Of a stretch of DNA of 64,000 nt, positions 19,598 to 28,989 are shown piece by piece; position 1 is the stretch's first letter; the number at the start of each line of letters is the position of its first letter. The DNA is from Akkermansiaceae bacterium. GTDB lineage: Bacteria > Verrucomicrobiota > Verrucomicrobiia > Verrucomicrobiales > Akkermansiaceae. Both the position numbers and the translations under genes were made by a program. The stretch covers positions 64,001 to 128,000 of the forward strand of contig JBPOGF010000004.1 in the NCBI GenBank assembly GCA_051251915.1. Direction: 5' to 3'. The notes under the pieces were generated by a model. The model had not been told where the DNA came from. It did no database searches and was given only the letters and a program-made list of their open reading frames with translations.

Positions 19598-21274
19598 ATG
19601 TTCTATCATAAACTCACTCAATGTATCACGGTATTAGGAATTTCCTTTGGGCTTACTATTGTTTCTTCTGCTGAAACTTATGAGGCGGATATTATTATTT
19701 ATGGTGGGACTTCTGCGGCGGTGATGTCTGGGGTGCAGGCTAAGAGGTCTGGGAAGTCGGTTATTATTGTGAGTCCTGATAAGCATTTGGGGGGGCTGAC
19801 TTCTGGTGGGCTGGGGTGGACGGATAATGGGCATGCGAAGGGGATAGGTGGGATAGCTAGGGAGTTTTATATTGATATTAAGAGGCATTATGAAGATCCG
19901 TCAGCTTGGAGGCAGCAGACGCATGCTGAGTATAAGGCGACTCCTAAGAGTCAGTCGCGGAATAGGCCTACTGATGAGGCGATGTGGGTGTTTGAGCCGC
20001 ATGTGGCGGAGGGGTTGATGGATCGGTATATTGCGGATCATGGGGTCGAGGTGCATCGTGAGGCGTATTTAGACAGAGGGAAGGGGGTGGTGAAGGATGG
20101 GACTAAGGTTGTTTCTATTACTACGTTGGATGGGGATGTGTTTAGGGGTAAGGTTTTCATTGATGGGACTTATGAGGGGGATTTGATGGCGGCAGCTGGG
20201 GTTGAATTTCATGTGGGGAGAGAGAGTAGTGAGGTGTATGATGAGAGTGTGGGGGGAGTGCAGAAGGATAGGCGTGATCACGGGCATTATTTTTCATTTA
20301 CTGGGAAGAAGATAGATCCGTATGTGGTGGAGGGGGATCCTTCGTCTGGGTTGCTTCCGAGGATTTCTGCTGAGGCTCCCGGGGAGAATGGGGATGGGGA
20401 TGATAAGATTCAGGCGTATTGTTTTAGGGCTTGTTTGACTGATGCGCCGGAGAACAGGGTGCCATTTCCTAAGCCTGATGGGTATGATGCGGATGAGTAT
20501 TTGCTGATGTTGAGGGTGCTGGATATTGGTTGGCGTGAGGTGTTTCATAAGTTTGATCCGATGCCGAATAGGAAGACGGATCAGAATAATCATGGGCCGT
20601 TTAGTATGGATAATATTGGTTATAATTATGATTATCCGGAGGCTAGTTATGAGCGGAGGAGGGAGATCATTAAGGAGCATGAGACTTATCAGAAGGGTTT
20701 GATGTATTTCATGGCGAATGATCCGCGGGTTCCAGCTGATGTGCGTGAGCCGATGTCTAAGTGGGGGCTGGCTAAGGATGAATTTGTGGATAATGGGAAC
20801 TGGTCACATCAGCTGTATATCCGAGAGGCGCGTAGGATGGTGGGTGAGTATGTGATGACTCAGCATGATGTGGAGGGGAAGACTGATGTGAAGGATTCAA
20901 TAGGGCTGGGGGTGTATACGATGGACTCGCATAATGCGCAGCGGTATGTGACTGCTGATGGAGGTGTGGAGAACGAGGGTAATGTGGGGAAACGTATTAA
21001 GAGTCCTTATCCGATTGCTATGGGGGTGGTGTTGCCGAAGCGGGCGGAGGCTAGTAATTTATTGGTTCCGGCTGCGGCTTCTGCGAGCCATATTGCTTAT
21101 GGGTCATTGCGGATGGAGCCTACGTTTATGACGCTGGGGCAGTCGTCTGCGTTGATTGCATCGATTGCTATCGATAAGGGGGTGGCGGTTCAGGATGTGG
21201 CTTATGAGAAGGATTTGAAGCCTTTGTTGCTAGAGGTGAAGCAGCGGATTGCTAATAAGCCTAAGGTGAAGTAG
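19598..21274 (+). CDS. Secreted FAD-dependent oxidoreductase (FAD_oxidored-like family)
   Basis: Signal peptide, DIIIYGGTSA, HLGGLTSGGLG, FIDGTYEGDL, YIREARR, SLRMEP. Confidence 0.85.
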   Translation: MFYHKLTQCITVLGISFGLTIVSSAETYEADIIIYGGTSAAVMSGVQAKRSGKSVIIVSPDKHLGGLTSGGLGWTDNGHAKGIGGIAREFYIDIKRHYEDPSAWRQQTHAEYKATPKSQSRNRPTDEAMWVFEPHVAEGLMDRYIADHGVEVHREAYLDRGKGVVKDGTKVVSITTLDGDVFRGKVFIDGTYEGDLMAAAGVEFHVGRESSEVYDESVGGVQKDRRDHGHYFSFTGKKIDPYVVEGDPSSGLLPRISAEAPGENGDGDDKIQAYCFRACLTDAPENRVPFPKPDGYDADEYLLMLRVLDIGWREVFHKFDPMPNRKTDQNNHGPFSMDNIGYNYDYPEASYERRREIIKEHETYQKGLMYFMANDPRVPADVREPMSKWGLAKDEFVDNGNWSHQLYIREARRMVGEYVMTQHDVEGKTDVKDSIGLGVYTMDSHNAQRYVTADGGVENEGNVGKRIKSPYPIAMGVVLPKRAEASNLLVPAAASASHIAYGSLRMEPTFMTLGQSSALIASIAIDKGVAVQDVAYEKDLKPLLLEVKQRIANKPKVK

Positions 21275-21275
21275 G

Positions 21276-21310
21276 GGAGTTTGAATTTTGAATGTAGAAG
21301 TGTGAAGTTT
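21276..21310. repeat. Degenerate heptamer mini-array (GAAtttt-type)
   Basis: GGAGTTT GAATTTT GAATGTA GAAGTGT GAAGTTT directly after the stop codon. Confidence 0.55.
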
Positions 21311-21334
21311 GCTTGGGTTGATGCCTGCGGCGCT

Positions 21335-21421
21335 TAACCACGAATAGCACGAATTTTCACGAATGATGGAGGAGGGAGAGCGGGGTTGATGGGTTTCTTG
21401 AACCGCTGGAAGGTGCTAAAT
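21335..21421. repeat. Dispersed intergenic repeat, copy B
   Basis: AACCACGAATAGCACGAATTTTCACGAATG...TTGAACCGCTGGAAGGTGCTAAA. Confidence 0.65.
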
Positions 21422-21456
21422 ATAAGATCCTTGTTGCGTGAAATCTGTATTGGGTT

Positions 21457-21954
21457 TTATGACGGCCAGATGAGGGAGGCGGCCCACCAGGCGATGAGGC
21501 CGATGAGTGTGAAGACGGTTACTGCAACTACTGCAAGAATGATGACTGGGGCCCAGCCGCTGCGTTCGGCTTCCTCGCCAACGGTGTCGTTTAGGTGGGC
21601 GCGTAGTAGTGTGTGGTTGCGGTGATTTGACTTATACCAGAAGGAGAAAATGTCTCCTATGAATGGGAGGGCACCGACGAGGGAATTTAGCATCCAGTTA
21701 GCAATCATGCGGAGATAGACGCTGAGGGGGATGTGTTTTTTGGCGCCGATGGCTAGTAGTGAGAGTCCTGCTGTGGATGTGGCGAAGTCACCGACTCCGG
21801 GGATGAGGCCGATGATAGGATCTAGTCCGATTCGTTTTTTGGTGCCAGGGATTTTGATTAAATCATCGAGGATGAAGGCGATCCATTTTGCGAATGTGTT
21901 TTCTTCCTTGGTGGTGGGCGACTCTTTTTGCTGTTTTTCGGGTGGAGTTTTCAT
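21457..21954 (-). CDS. DUF4112 family membrane protein
   Basis: LDDLIKIPGT..RIGLDPIIGLIPGVGD, GALPFIGDIF..YKSN.RN. Confidence 0.88.
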   Translation of the reverse strand: MKTPPEKQQKESPTTKEENTFAKWIAFILDDLIKIPGTKKRIGLDPIIGLIPGVGDFATSTAGLSLLAIGAKKHIPLSVYLRMIANWMLNSLVGALPFIGDIFSFWYKSNHRNHTLLRAHLNDTVGEEAERSGWAPVIILAVVAVTVFTLIGLIAWWAASLIWPS

Positions 21955-21998
21955 GGGTAGAAGGGTTGAGATTTATCAGATTTTTACAGGCATTGGGG

Positions 21999-24020
21999 TT
22001 ATTTTTTGTTGCTTGGGATTTCTAGATTTTGGAAGGCATCTCTGACGAGTTTTTTTGGTAGGTTGTGTTCATCATAGATGCCCATGCGTGAGTATCCATT
22101 TTTATTTTTGCTGCCGGTGTATGGCTTGCGTGAGCGGTAGTCTTTTAGGAGCCAGTAGGTGTAGCCGGAGAAGTGAGGGGTGTGCTTGGTAAGAACTTCC
22201 CATTGGCGTTTGAGGAGGTCTGCTTGCCAGTTTTCGTTGCTTTTTTTGGTGATGGGGCCTCTGCTGCCGCGCTTGGACCAGGCGCCGTTTTCCATGATGA
22301 TGATGGGCTTGTTAGGGTTTGCGGTGATGACTTTCTTCATGTCGGGGTCTAGGAGATCGAATGGGTCCATGGCGCCGCGGTATTCGTTGAAGCCGACTGC
22401 GTCTGCGTGCTCGAAGTGGGGTTGGCCTTTGTGGGGGTGCCATGCGGACCAGGTGATGGGGCGTTTTTGGTAGTCGATTTCTCTGACGAGTTCACGGGTC
22501 ATTTTGAGGAAGCCGTCGTATTCTTCACAGAACTGGTGGCATTCGTTGTTGAGGCCCCAGAGGACGACTGAGGGGTGATTTAGCATGTCCCAGACGGCGC
22601 AGCGAGCCATGGTTTGGTAGATGGAGTGTGGGTCTTGGGTTTGTGCGAGCATGGATTTTTCTTTGTACCAGAAGCCTCCCCATTCGCCGCAAACGAGGAT
22701 GCCTTGTTCGTTTGCTAGTTTGTAGGAGTATGGGTCACGCTGGGTGACGTGGAGGCGGGCGAAGTTTGAGTTGGAGTCGTGGAGGAGTTTGTAGTGGTCG
22801 CGGTGGTCTTGTGGTGTGATGGCGCCGCCACGTTCTGGGTGTTCGTCGTAGATGGATGCTCCTTTGAGGAAGATGGATTTGTTGTTGAGCTTGAATGTGG
22901 GGCCATCGGTTACGAATGTGCGGACGCCGAATTGGGTGGCGTGGTTATCGATGGTTTTACCTGTTTTGTCCTGTAGTTGGAAGCTGGCGGTGTAGAGTTG
23001 TGGTGATGTGGGTGACCATGGTTTTGCTTTAGCGGTGCCGCCTTTGATGAGCATGTGCTTGGCGATGGTTTGGTGGGGGGCGATGGTGAAGTAGGGTGTT
23101 TGTGTGGTGGTTTGGGGGTCGATGGTGGAGGACATGGAGCTGCGTAGCTGGAGGGGTGTGTCTCCGTGGTTTGAGATGATGACTACTGCGTTTAGGCCTT
23201 CTGTGGTGGGGTTGATAAGTGATTTACGGATGGTGACTGGGGCTTCTTCTATGAGGTAGACGTCACGGAGGATACCTGCGTATGGCCAGCAGTCTGGGGC
23301 TTTTGGGTGGAGGGTGTGGGTGTAGTCTAGTTCTTGCCATCCTTTGTCGCCTTTTCCTTCTGGGTGTTTGATGTAGTTTGGTAGGCGGAGGACTTTAAGT
23401 GCTAGGGTGTTTGTTCCGGTTTTGATGTGTTCTGAGGCGTCAATGGAGAATGGTGCGCCGCCGCCTTCGTGTTGGGCTATTTCATGGCCGTTGAGGAATA
23501 CGCGAGCGCGTTGTTGGACGCCGAGGAAGACGATTCTTTGGCGTGAGTTGTTGCCTTGTTTGGGTTGGTATTGGAATGTTTTTTGATACCAAGATGCGCC
23601 GTTGTAGTGTGGTGGGTTGTCTGGGGTCTGGTCATTCCAGTCCCAATATTTACCGCCTGGCATGGCGTCCCAACAGTGTGGGACGGTGACGTTTAGCCAG
23701 TCTTTTGTGGTGGTGGGTTGGTGCCATTTTTGTGTGGTTCCGACGCTGTTGGGGTCGAAGCGGAATTTCCATGTGCCGGCGTTTTTGCCGCTTAGTTTGG
23801 TGATGTTGCGGGTGTGGTTGGTGGTGAGGTTGTCGAAGTCGGGTCTGACTTGGTTGTAGTGGAATACTACTGGGACGCCGTCTACTTTCTTGGTTTCGAC
23901 TTTCATGGCGTGGGCGAATTCTGGGTGGTCGCCGAGGTCTGGGTCGGTGGTTTGGGCGGTGGTGATGAGGGGTGCTGTGAGGTAGGTGATGGCGGCGATG
24001 AAAGGAATGTGGATTTTCAT
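21999..24020 (-). CDS. Glycoside hydrolase family 2 (beta-galactosidase/glucuronidase-like), secreted
   Basis: Signal peptide, VPHCW, GILRDVYL, WSPTSPQLY, FGVR, WGLNNE (acid/base), IIMENG (nucleophile). Confidence 0.88.
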   Translation of the reverse strand: MKIHIPFIAAITYLTAPLITTAQTTDPDLGDHPEFAHAMKVETKKVDGVPVVFHYNQVRPDFDNLTTNHTRNITKLSGKNAGTWKFRFDPNSVGTTQKWHQPTTTKDWLNVTVPHCWDAMPGGKYWDWNDQTPDNPPHYNGASWYQKTFQYQPKQGNNSRQRIVFLGVQQRARVFLNGHEIAQHEGGGAPFSIDASEHIKTGTNTLALKVLRLPNYIKHPEGKGDKGWQELDYTHTLHPKAPDCWPYAGILRDVYLIEEAPVTIRKSLINPTTEGLNAVVIISNHGDTPLQLRSSMSSTIDPQTTTQTPYFTIAPHQTIAKHMLIKGGTAKAKPWSPTSPQLYTASFQLQDKTGKTIDNHATQFGVRTFVTDGPTFKLNNKSIFLKGASIYDEHPERGGAITPQDHRDHYKLLHDSNSNFARLHVTQRDPYSYKLANEQGILVCGEWGGFWYKEKSMLAQTQDPHSIYQTMARCAVWDMLNHPSVVLWGLNNECHQFCEEYDGFLKMTRELVREIDYQKRPITWSAWHPHKGQPHFEHADAVGFNEYRGAMDPFDLLDPDMKKVITANPNKPIIIMENGAWSKRGSRGPITKKSNENWQADLLKRQWEVLTKHTPHFSGYTYWLLKDYRSRKPYTGSKNKNGYSRMGIYDEHNLPKKLVRDAFQNLEIPSNKK

Positions 24021-24150
24021 AGGTATGTAATAGAGGTATAAATTAGACCCATCTTTGAAAGAACGCGAGATGGAGTTTCGTTACTAATGCTTCCAATATA
24101 CGGCGATGGGTGTCACTTTTAGTCATCGAATCCAATCAAATTACTTTGTT

Positions 24151-25491
24151 ATGAAATTATTATTACTTCTTCTTCTCTCTGCTACGCTTCATGCGGCACC
24201 TAAAAAGCCTAACGTGGTGATCCTGTATGCTGATGACTGGAGGTTTGATACGTTGGGGGCTGCTGGGCATCCTATTTTAAAGACTCCTAATTTGGATGCA
24301 TTGGCGGATGATGGTGTGCGGTTTACGCATGGGAATGTGACGACTGCGATCTGTGGTGTGAGTAGGGCTTCTTTCTTTACTGGGCAGTGGATGTCACGTC
24401 ATGGGAATAAGGGGTTTCGTGCGTTTAAGACTCCCTGGGAGGAGACGTTTCCTGGGTTGTTGAGAGCGAATGGTTATCATACTGGGCATGTGGGGAAGTG
24501 GCATAATGGGGGATTTCCTAAGAAGAATTTTGATTTTGGGACCTCTTATTCAGGGAATCACTGGATCAAGGAGGAGGATGGGACGATGATCCATGTGACG
24601 CAGAAGAATGAGAATGATGCGATGGAGTTTCTTAAGACTCGTCCGATGGATAAGCCGTTCGTGCTGACGTTGGCGTTTTTTGCGACGCATGCGGTGGATC
24701 ATGATCCGAAGCAGTTTTTACCGCAGCCTGAGAGTATGAAGTTGTTTACTGATGTGGATATTCCGATTCCTAAGACTGCGACTGAGGAGGCATTTAGGAA
24801 GCTTCCGGAGTTTGTGGCGACTGAGAAGAATGAGGGGCGGAAGCGTTGGCATTGGAGGTTTGATACTCCTGAGAAGTATCAGACGATGATGAAAAATTAT
24901 TATCGTTTAGCTCATGAGGTGGATAGCACTTGTGGGAAGGTGATAGCGGAGCTCAAGAGGCAGGGGGTGTATGATGATACGCTGATTATATTTACTGGTG
25001 ATAATGGGTATTACCATGGTGAGCATGGGTTGGCGGATAAGTGGTATCCGCATCAGGAGAGTATCCGTGTGCCGCTTATTGTGCGTGATCCGCGTATGCC
25101 TGAGGGCGTGAGGAGTAAGACTGATGACCGCTTTGCTCTGAATGTGGATTTGGCACCGACTATTTTGGCTGCTGCTGGGATAGAGGCTCCTGAGACGATG
25201 CAGGGGCGGGATTTAGCGCCGTTGTATTCTGGTGAGAAGGTGAAGGACTGGCGGACTGATTATTTTTATGAGCATGCGATTATCAGCAATAAGGAGAGGA
25301 TTCCGGCTTCTGAGGCGTTGGTGACTAAGGAGTGGAAGTATTTCTACTGGCCGGATTTTGGTAGGGAGCAGCTGTTCCATATTGCTGAGGATCCATTTGA
25401 GGAGAATGATGTGGTGGATGTGAAGGCGAATAGGGCGAGGCTGGAAGCAATGCGCGTCCGATTCAACGAATTGAAAGCGGACGCGCGGTAG
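24151..25491 (+). CDS. Secreted S1 sulfatase-family protein
   Basis: Signal peptide, [42 protein letters not shown]. Confidence 0.9.
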   Translation: MKLLLLLLLSATLHAAPKKPNVVILYADDWRFDTLGAAGHPILKTPNLDALADDGVRFTHGNVTTAICGVSRASFFTGQWMSRHGNKGFRAFKTPWEETFPGLLRANGYHTGHVGKWHNGGFPKKNFDFGTSYSGNHWIKEEDGTMIHVTQKNENDAMEFLKTRPMDKPFVLTLAFFATHAVDHDPKQFLPQPESMKLFTDVDIPIPKTATEEAFRKLPEFVATEKNEGRKRWHWRFDTPEKYQTMMKNYYRLAHEVDSTCGKVIAELKRQGVYDDTLIIFTGDNGYYHGEHGLADKWYPHQESIRVPLIVRDPRMPEGVRSKTDDRFALNVDLAPTILAAAGIEAPETMQGRDLAPLYSGEKVKDWRTDYFYEHAIISNKERIPASEALVTKEWKYFYWPDFGREQLFHIAEDPFEENDVVDVKANRARLEAMRVRFNELKADAR

Positions 25492-25535
25492 TGCTTTGTT
25501 TGAGTAACTGGTAGTTTAGTTACTGTTGGTTGATT

Positions 25536-26714
25536 TTATTTCAACAATTCTGAAGTCGGCGGGAATGTGTTCTGGTCGACTTTTTTGATGGCGTTGCTGA
25601 CTAGTTTTCCGTAGTAGGCTGAGGTGCGAGGGTCAGTGATTTTTTCTTGTGCTTCTGCGGCGGCGGCAAGATCTGTTTTGGCGAGGTCTGTGTTACCAGC
25701 CATGAAGTTGAGGCGTGCTTTGGTGACGTGGTGGAATGTAGTGGCCAAGGGGGTGGCATCTGCTGGGAGGTCTGGTGCTCCCGCGAGGACGATGTCTGCG
25801 TAAGTCTTGGCAGCCGCAGCTGTCTCAGGAGTGATGGGGGTGTCACGGATGATGGTGGAGTTCAGCATGGACATTCTTACCGAAGAGCCGAAGCGTTTGT
25901 TGGTGATGTCATTTCTGAGGGCTAGGAGGTCTTCCCAGTTGCTTGATTTTGCAGCTGCACGGGCGAGTAGTCCATATTTCATGGAGTTTGTGTCTTCTAG
26001 TCCGAGGGCTACTTCCTTGAGTGCTTCCCAGTCGCCAGCTTTATTGAGCGCGACGATTTTTTCACTGAAGTCGCGTCTTTCTTTTTCCTTGGCGGCTTGT
26101 TCTTTACCGTAAGTTTCTGCATCAAAGCTTCCGTCGATGATACCAGCTACTCGTTCAGTGGTGAGTTGGCTAGGGTGGATGCTGAGGATGAGTTTACCGT
26201 CTTTGATGACTAGTGCGCGGGGGATGCCAGTTACTTTGGCAGGTTTGAGGACGGTGTCGGCGAAGGCGGCTTTGCGGCCACCTGAGTATGCGACACGGTA
26301 GGACATGCCATCGCCCATTTTCTTGACGAAGTTTTGAGATTTTTCGATGCCGTCTTCGAAGACGTTCATGCCGATGATGACTAGTCCTTTGTCAGCAAAT
26401 TCTTTGTGAAGTTCGTTTACGTGAGGGATGACTCTGATGCAGGGTCCGCACCATGTGGCCCAGCATTCTATGATGTAAACTTTGCCAGCTTCATCTAGTG
26501 AAGTTACGGGGTCTCCTTGAATCCAGGTGATTCCTTCTAGAGCATTTTTCGGGAATGCGTCGCCTACAGATAGTGCGGGAGTGGGGATTGCAGCTGGTGT
26601 AGGAGCTTCTTTTACTTCTTGAGCTTGGGCAGTGTGAGTGGTGAGGCTGGTGAAACCTAAACCTAATCCTAGAGTGAGGATCATTCCGGCAGTTTGCTTA
26701 TTGTATTTTTTCAT
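25536..26714 (-). CDS. TlpA/redoxin-like thiol-disulfide oxidoreductase with helical C-terminal extension
   Basis: Signal peptide, WATWCGPC, cis-Pro loop GIP. Confidence 0.85.
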   Translation of the reverse strand: MKKYNKQTAGMILTLGLGLGFTSLTTHTAQAQEVKEAPTPAAIPTPALSVGDAFPKNALEGITWIQGDPVTSLDEAGKVYIIECWATWCGPCIRVIPHVNELHKEFADKGLVIIGMNVFEDGIEKSQNFVKKMGDGMSYRVAYSGGRKAAFADTVLKPAKVTGIPRALVIKDGKLILSIHPSQLTTERVAGIIDGSFDAETYGKEQAAKEKERRDFSEKIVALNKAGDWEALKEVALGLEDTNSMKYGLLARAAAKSSNWEDLLALRNDITNKRFGSSVRMSMLNSTIIRDTPITPETAAAAKTYADIVLAGAPDLPADATPLATTFHHVTKARLNFMAGNTDLAKTDLAAAAEAQEKITDPRTSAYYGKLVSNAIKKVDQNTFPPTSELLK

Positions 26715-26969
26715 ATTATTTATGTTACCCTTAAAGTGGGTGTCGATTAGGTTTTATTTTATGGCAAAGAAGATGGTAATATTCCTCCACTATACGGTTA
26801 TAAAAAACCACATAGGTGGCTAGGAGGCAAGCGCTGATTTCAGGTGTTAGGTAAAAGATTCTAAGGAGTGCGGGGGAGGGGATCTGCTAGGTAAACAGTT
26901 GTTTGGGAGCGAAGTGGGGGGAGTGGTTAAAGGCTTGGCAACCCACTTTTGGTTTGTTACTTGTCGCGC

Positions 26970-28043
26970 ATGCGAATTGGGATTTTAAATAGTGGGGGAG
27001 ATTGTCCGGGCTTGAATGCTGTGATCCACGGTGTAGTGGGAGCGGCTAGTAAGTTGGGCTGGGAGGTGATAGGATTTCGCGATGGCTTTGAGGGGTTGCT
27101 TCCTCCGGGGGATTATCAGGTGCTTGATCCAGAGGATACGGTAGGGATTTTGAAGTTAGGTGGGACGATTTTAGGAACCACGAATAAAGGACAATTTGCC
27201 GCCAGGATGGGCAAGGGGACTAAGGAAGAGATCTCTGAGAGAGTGATTGAAAAAGCGGGGAGAACGATGAAGCAGTTAGAAATCCGCGCGCTTATTGTTG
27301 TGGGTGGTGACGGTTCGCTTTCTACGGCTCTGCATCTTTACAAGGCAGGATTTCCTATTATTGGAGTTCCGAAGACGATTGATAATGATTTGCAGGCTAC
27401 GGCGATGACGTTCGGTTTTGATAGTGCGGTCTCATGTGTGGTGGATGCTATGGATCGACTGCATACTACGGCGGTGAGTCATAAGCGTGTGATGGTGGTG
27501 GAGGTGATGGGTAGGAATGCTGGTTGGATTGCACTTTGGGGCGGGATAGCAGGTGGAGCGAATGTTATTTTGCTGCCTGAAATAGAGTTCTCACTTGATA
27601 AGGTGGCTGATCATATTATGGAGCGGGAGGCTAAGGGGAATCATAGTTCGATGGTGATAGTGGCGGAGGGGGCGAGGACTCCAGAGGGGAAGTTAGTGAC
27701 ACAGGAGTATGATGAAGGAGGCTCTGTGAGGCTCGGGGGGATAGGAGATTTTGTAGCGAATGAGTTGGCTAAACGCACGGGGAAGGATACACGCGCATGT
27801 ACGCTGGGTCATCTGCAGCGGGGTGGTGAGCCGACTAGTTTGGATCGGATTTTGGGGGCTAGGTTTGGTGTGAAGGCTGTGAAGTTGGCCGAGGAGGGAA
27901 GATTTGGTAGGATGGTGAGTTATCAGTCGTATTTGGTGAGTTCAGCATCGATTGAGAAGGCTGTGCATAAGTTGAGGTTGGTAGATCCGGAGAGTGAGGT
28001 TGTGGAAGCAGCGAGAGCGATTGGTATTTGTTTGGGGGATTGA
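26970..28043 (+). CDS. pfkA: 6-phosphofructokinase (PfkA family)
   Basis: SGGDCPGLNA, GGTILGT, GGDGS, PKTIDND, EVMGR, LGHLQRGG. Confidence 0.95.
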   Translation: MRIGILNSGGDCPGLNAVIHGVVGAASKLGWEVIGFRDGFEGLLPPGDYQVLDPEDTVGILKLGGTILGTTNKGQFAARMGKGTKEEISERVIEKAGRTMKQLEIRALIVVGGDGSLSTALHLYKAGFPIIGVPKTIDNDLQATAMTFGFDSAVSCVVDAMDRLHTTAVSHKRVMVVEVMGRNAGWIALWGGIAGGANVILLPEIEFSLDKVADHIMEREAKGNHSSMVIVAEGARTPEGKLVTQEYDEGGSVRLGGIGDFVANELAKRTGKDTRACTLGHLQRGGEPTSLDRILGARFGVKAVKLAEEGRFGRMVSYQSYLVSSASIEKAVHKLRLVDPESEVVEAARAIGICLGD

Positions 28044-28057
28044 GCAACGAAGGTGCT

Positions 28058-28091
28058 GTCATTGGTCAATAGTCAATAGCAATGGACAATG
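28058..28091. repeat. Degenerate heptamer mini-array (GTCAATA-type)
   Basis: GTCATTG GTCAATA GTCAATA GCAATG GACAATG. Confidence 0.6.
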
Positions 28092-28121
28092 GGGACTGGA
28101 TGATGAAACTTACGAAATAAA

Positions 28122-28865
28122 ATGAATATGGAAGATTTAGGACGATCAGGTTATGCATTGTTTGATTTGGATCAGACGATTGTGCCTTGGGATACGCAGT
28201 TGTTGTTTTGTAATTATGTTTTGAAGCGTGAGCCTTTGAGACGTTTGCATGTTTTGGGGTTGATTCCGTTTTTGCCTTTTACGAAGATTTTAGGGGCAGG
28301 TGGGATGAAGCGGGTGTTTTTGAATTATCTGGCGCTTATGGATGCCGAGACTCTTGAGCAGTATGCGCGTGAGTTTGTGGATGAGATGTTTCCAGAGGAG
28401 ATGTATGGTGAGGTGTTAGAAATTGTTAGAGAGCAAAAGGAGGCGGGGAGGTTGACTATTTTGAATAGTGCTAGCCCTGAGGTGTGGGTGAAGTATTTGG
28501 GGGAGAAGATGGGGTTTGATTTTTGTTATGGGACTCAGGTGGAGATAGGTGAGAGGGTGAGGTTTTTTCCAGATATTATTGACGGCAATAATAAGGGAGC
28601 GGTGAAGTTAGGGAGGATGAGACCGCATTTTCCGAAGGGATGGGAGGCTGGTGAGGTGCTTGCTGATAGTTATGGTTATTCAGATAGTCATGCGGATATT
28701 CCGATGCTGGATATTTGTGAACATAATACGATGGTTCATCCTACGGATAAGTTGTTGGCTTATGGGACGAAGCGGGGATGGGAAAAACTTACCCCTAGCA
28801 GGCCAACGAAAGGTAAGTGGAGTTTTGCATGGGCTTGTTGTAGGCAGGCTGTTGGTTTGTATTAG
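28122..28865 (+). CDS. HAD-superfamily (IB-like) hydrolase
   Basis: FDLDQT motif I, SAS motif II, K, YSDS.ADIPML motif IV. Confidence 0.85.
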   Translation: MNMEDLGRSGYALFDLDQTIVPWDTQLLFCNYVLKREPLRRLHVLGLIPFLPFTKILGAGGMKRVFLNYLALMDAETLEQYAREFVDEMFPEEMYGEVLEIVREQKEAGRLTILNSASPEVWVKYLGEKMGFDFCYGTQVEIGERVRFFPDIIDGNNKGAVKLGRMRPHFPKGWEAGEVLADSYGYSDSHADIPMLDICEHNTMVHPTDKLLAYGTKRGWEKLTPSRPTKGKWSFAWACCRQAVGLY

Positions 28866-28926
28866 CCTTTATTCTGATCGAGCAAGACGTAGCACTAGTT
28901 TTTATTTAGGCTTTCTGCATGTGGGT

Positions 28927-28963
28927 AAAAAAAATCCCACGCAGCTGAATGGCTACGTGGGAT
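28927..28963 (-). terminator. Intrinsic terminator after the large heme protein gene
   Basis: Minus strand reads ATCCCACGTAGCC-loop-GCTGCGTGGGAT-T7. Confidence 0.8.
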
Positions 28964-28989
28964 GCGGTAATGTTTAGGTTCTGTTTATC

